Both the position numbers and the translations under genes were made by a program. This document shows positions 61,919 to 64,000 of a stretch of DNA of 64,000 bases, in pieces; positions within the stretch are counted from its first letter, which is position 1, and each line of letters starts with the position of its first letter. The notes beneath the pieces were generated by a model that made no database searches, was not told the origin of the DNA, and was given only the letters and a program-made list of their open reading frames with translations. Origin of the DNA: Opitutales bacterium (GTDB taxonomy: Bacteria; Verrucomicrobiota; Verrucomicrobiia; Opitutales; PNEW01); NCBI GenBank assembly GCA_965197745.1, contig CBDANS010000007.1:2016001-2080000 (forward strand). Reading direction: 5' to 3'.

Positions 61919-62863
61919 ATGAACCCTCTCCCGCTTCCCCGACGCCGACTTGGCAAAACAAATTTGAATATCCCCGTCATCCCTTTTGGCACCCAGGGCT
62001 TTGGCAATAACTTTGGCCCCGTGTCTGATGAAGAAGCCGTCGCGCTTGTCAAACACGCCGTCAGTCTCGGAGTAAATCACTTTGATTGTGCCCGTTGTTA
62101 TGGCGATTCTTTACGAAAATTGGGTTTGGCTTTAAAAGAGATCCCGCGCCAGGACGTGATCATTACCGGGCGGCTCTGCTGTCACTCGGCGTCTCAATGG
62201 GGCTTTTATGGTGAAGGGGAACCGGATTACACTTCAGAGCGGGTCACACGCGATGTGGAAGACCAACTGGAGATACTCGGCACCGATTATTTTGACGGGA
62301 TGCTCATCCATGACCCGCTGGAAATCGATCCAACCCTGGCCCCAAATGGGACCCTGTCCGGATTGCTGGGACTCAAATCACGCAGCCTGGTGCGTCACGT
62401 CGGCTATGGTATGCGACCCCACGAATTTCACTTAAAAACCATCGAAACCGGTGATGTAGATCTCCTGCTTTGCTTTAACGACTACAATCTCGTCCGCAAA
62501 ACCGCAGACCAGGATATTATTCCCGCAGCCACGGCTGCCGATATTGGAATTATGAATGGCTGGTCGATTTTACGTGGCCTATTGACCGGCATCGATATCG
62601 ATGAGGCCAGGGAAAAGGGACGTTACAAAAATGATAAGGATGCCGATGCCGCACGACAGATTCGAGAGTGGTGTCTGCAAGAGGAAGTTGATCTCCTGCA
62701 ACTGGCCATCCAATTTTGCTTAAAGGAAGACCGCATTCACGGCAATACGATTGGCAACCTTAATATCGAGCAATTGGAGGCCAATGTTCAGGCCGCATGC
62801 ACACCAATCGAGCAGAGCGTGTGGGCGAAGTTTCATGCCGAGTTTGGGATAAATCTGATATAG
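61919..62863 (+). CDS. Aldo/keto reductase
   Basis: RRRLGKT, HFDCARCYG, LGTDYFDGMLIHD. Confidence 0.88.
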   Translation: MNPLPLPRRRLGKTNLNIPVIPFGTQGFGNNFGPVSDEEAVALVKHAVSLGVNHFDCARCYGDSLRKLGLALKEIPRQDVIITGRLCCHSASQWGFYGEGEPDYTSERVTRDVEDQLEILGTDYFDGMLIHDPLEIDPTLAPNGTLSGLLGLKSRSLVRHVGYGMRPHEFHLKTIETGDVDLLLCFNDYNLVRKTADQDIIPAATAADIGIMNGWSILRGLLTGIDIDEAREKGRYKNDKDADAARQIREWCLQEEVDLLQLAIQFCLKEDRIHGNTIGNLNIEQLEANVQAACTPIEQSVWAKFHAEFGINLI

Positions 62864-63274
62864 ATATCCAACGATATATAGCCACAAAATGCACAAGAAA
62901 GATTTTACAAGAAGAACGGGACGGGCGGAAAGATGATGGTACTGCATAGACACTGAGGTCGCAAAGTAAAAGAAGAGTTGGCCAAAAAAAGCAAAATTGC
63001 GAAGAAAGATCAGGTGAAACACAGTGTCTCATCGCAATGTCATCTCAACTCCGTATGCGAGTGAGACTGATACGGATAAACCTTACCGTGGTTTCTAATT
63101 TTGATTTAAAAAACGCTTAGGGTATATCAGTCGCTCAGCTATTGCTGAGCTATGCGATTAAGCACCGCGTTTCACCTCGTTATTATTTTGTGCTTTTTGT
63201 GCCTTTGGGAGATCTCGCTTCGCTCTGGTAGTGGCTATCTCTTCTCAAAACCACAAACACAGAGAAATAAATTT

Positions 63275-64000
63275 TTAAATCTTAAAAGCGTCCACGAATC
63301 CCCATTCTTCTAACCACTTAATCCAGCGTTCACGCCTGGGGTTATTTTCGGTGTTTTCCAACCACCAGGGGTCGTATTGAGACCCTACTCTTTCCTGGAC
63401 TTTTTTATTTTTACTCGTCCAGGATCTGAGCGCATCTATCTGTTTACGCATTGATGCTTTCTCTGCGGGGGACTTGGGGTTTTGATAGAAATTATAAGTA
63501 CAGGTCCGGCGATCCTCATAGCCGCCAAAGGCTGCATGCCAGGTCCGCTGATTAAACATAATCAAATCACCCGGTTGTGAATTGAATACATAACTCGGGA
63601 TATCTTTACCACGTAGTTCATACTTAATTGCTTTTGGAGTCTGATTCGTTTTCTTGCGAAAAGCGGCATCCAGTCCAATATGGAGAAGATCTTCATGCAG
63701 AGGATTTTTATGTGAACCGGGAATGACCCGCAAGGCGCCGTGGTCACCGGTAGTCGGCTGGAGATACATGACGTTTTTTACCATTAATAAATGAGAATCT
63801 TCAGTATCTGGATGCCATTGGGAACTTATCGAGTAACTGTTGGCATTGGAATGAATGGGGACACTATCCTCACCTACCAGTTGTTCTGAAGGCGCGTAAA
63901 TACGCGGATCTTCAAGCAAGCTGGCAATAAAAGGCGTTTGCGGGTTTCGGTTAGGCCAGTTATTATTGGAGGGGCGCTCTTCGTTTGGGTCTGCCTCTGC
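63275..64000 (-). CDS. PhyH-family dioxygenase (N-terminus beyond window end)
   Basis: WHPD, GALRVIPGSH, WHAAFGG; paralog of the 12086 gene. Confidence 0.88.
   Translation of the reverse strand, partial: AEADPNEERPSNNNWPNRNPQTPFIASLLEDPRIYAPSEQLVGEDSVPIHSNANSYSISSQWHPDTEDSHLLMVKNVMYLQPTTGDHGALRVIPGSHKNPLHEDLLHIGLDAAFRKKTNQTPKAIKYELRGKDIPSYVFNSQPGDLIMFNQRTWHAAFGGYEDRRTCTYNFYQNPKSPAEKASMRKQIDALRSWTSKNKKVQERVGSQYDPWWLENTENNPRRERWIKWLEEWGFVDAFKI

Noticed and set aside
1558..63747. Numerous short antisense or overlapping ORFs in the track
   Set aside because: They are shadows of well-supported genes or IS elements, with no independent motifs.

Overview
Bacterial window, probably Opitutales/Verrucomicrobiota (inference from the style of the secreted proteins and conserved hypotheticals; not confirmed). 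Bases 1-11.8 kb are mostly core genome: IS110 end, a glpK with a damaged 3' end, a conserved hypothetical gene, hisF, sucA-sucB-lpdA and tRNA-Ser(TGA). The rest is a repeat-rich accessory region with sulfatases, glycoside hydrolases, oxidoreductases, PhyH dioxygenases, three copies of one IS4-family element, an IS3 element, and five paralogous ~740-aa secreted proteins with variable N-halves and conserved C-halves. The most unusual signal lies at 28.7-38.6 kb (with one more unit at 44.9 kb). It is a minus-strand gene array containing four attC-like hairpins and seven copies of a ~90-bp module that ends in an attI-like AAT-N5-GTT core directly before a gene. Four of the modules carry a perfect TTGACA, and most are capped by a GGGGTCAG/CTGACCCC-type repeat end. 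No integrase is present in the window. This looks like an integron-like platform with multiplied attI/promoter units linked to a palindromic repeat family, and the IS4 element targets that same family. All calls are from reading the sequence by eye; no database searches were run.
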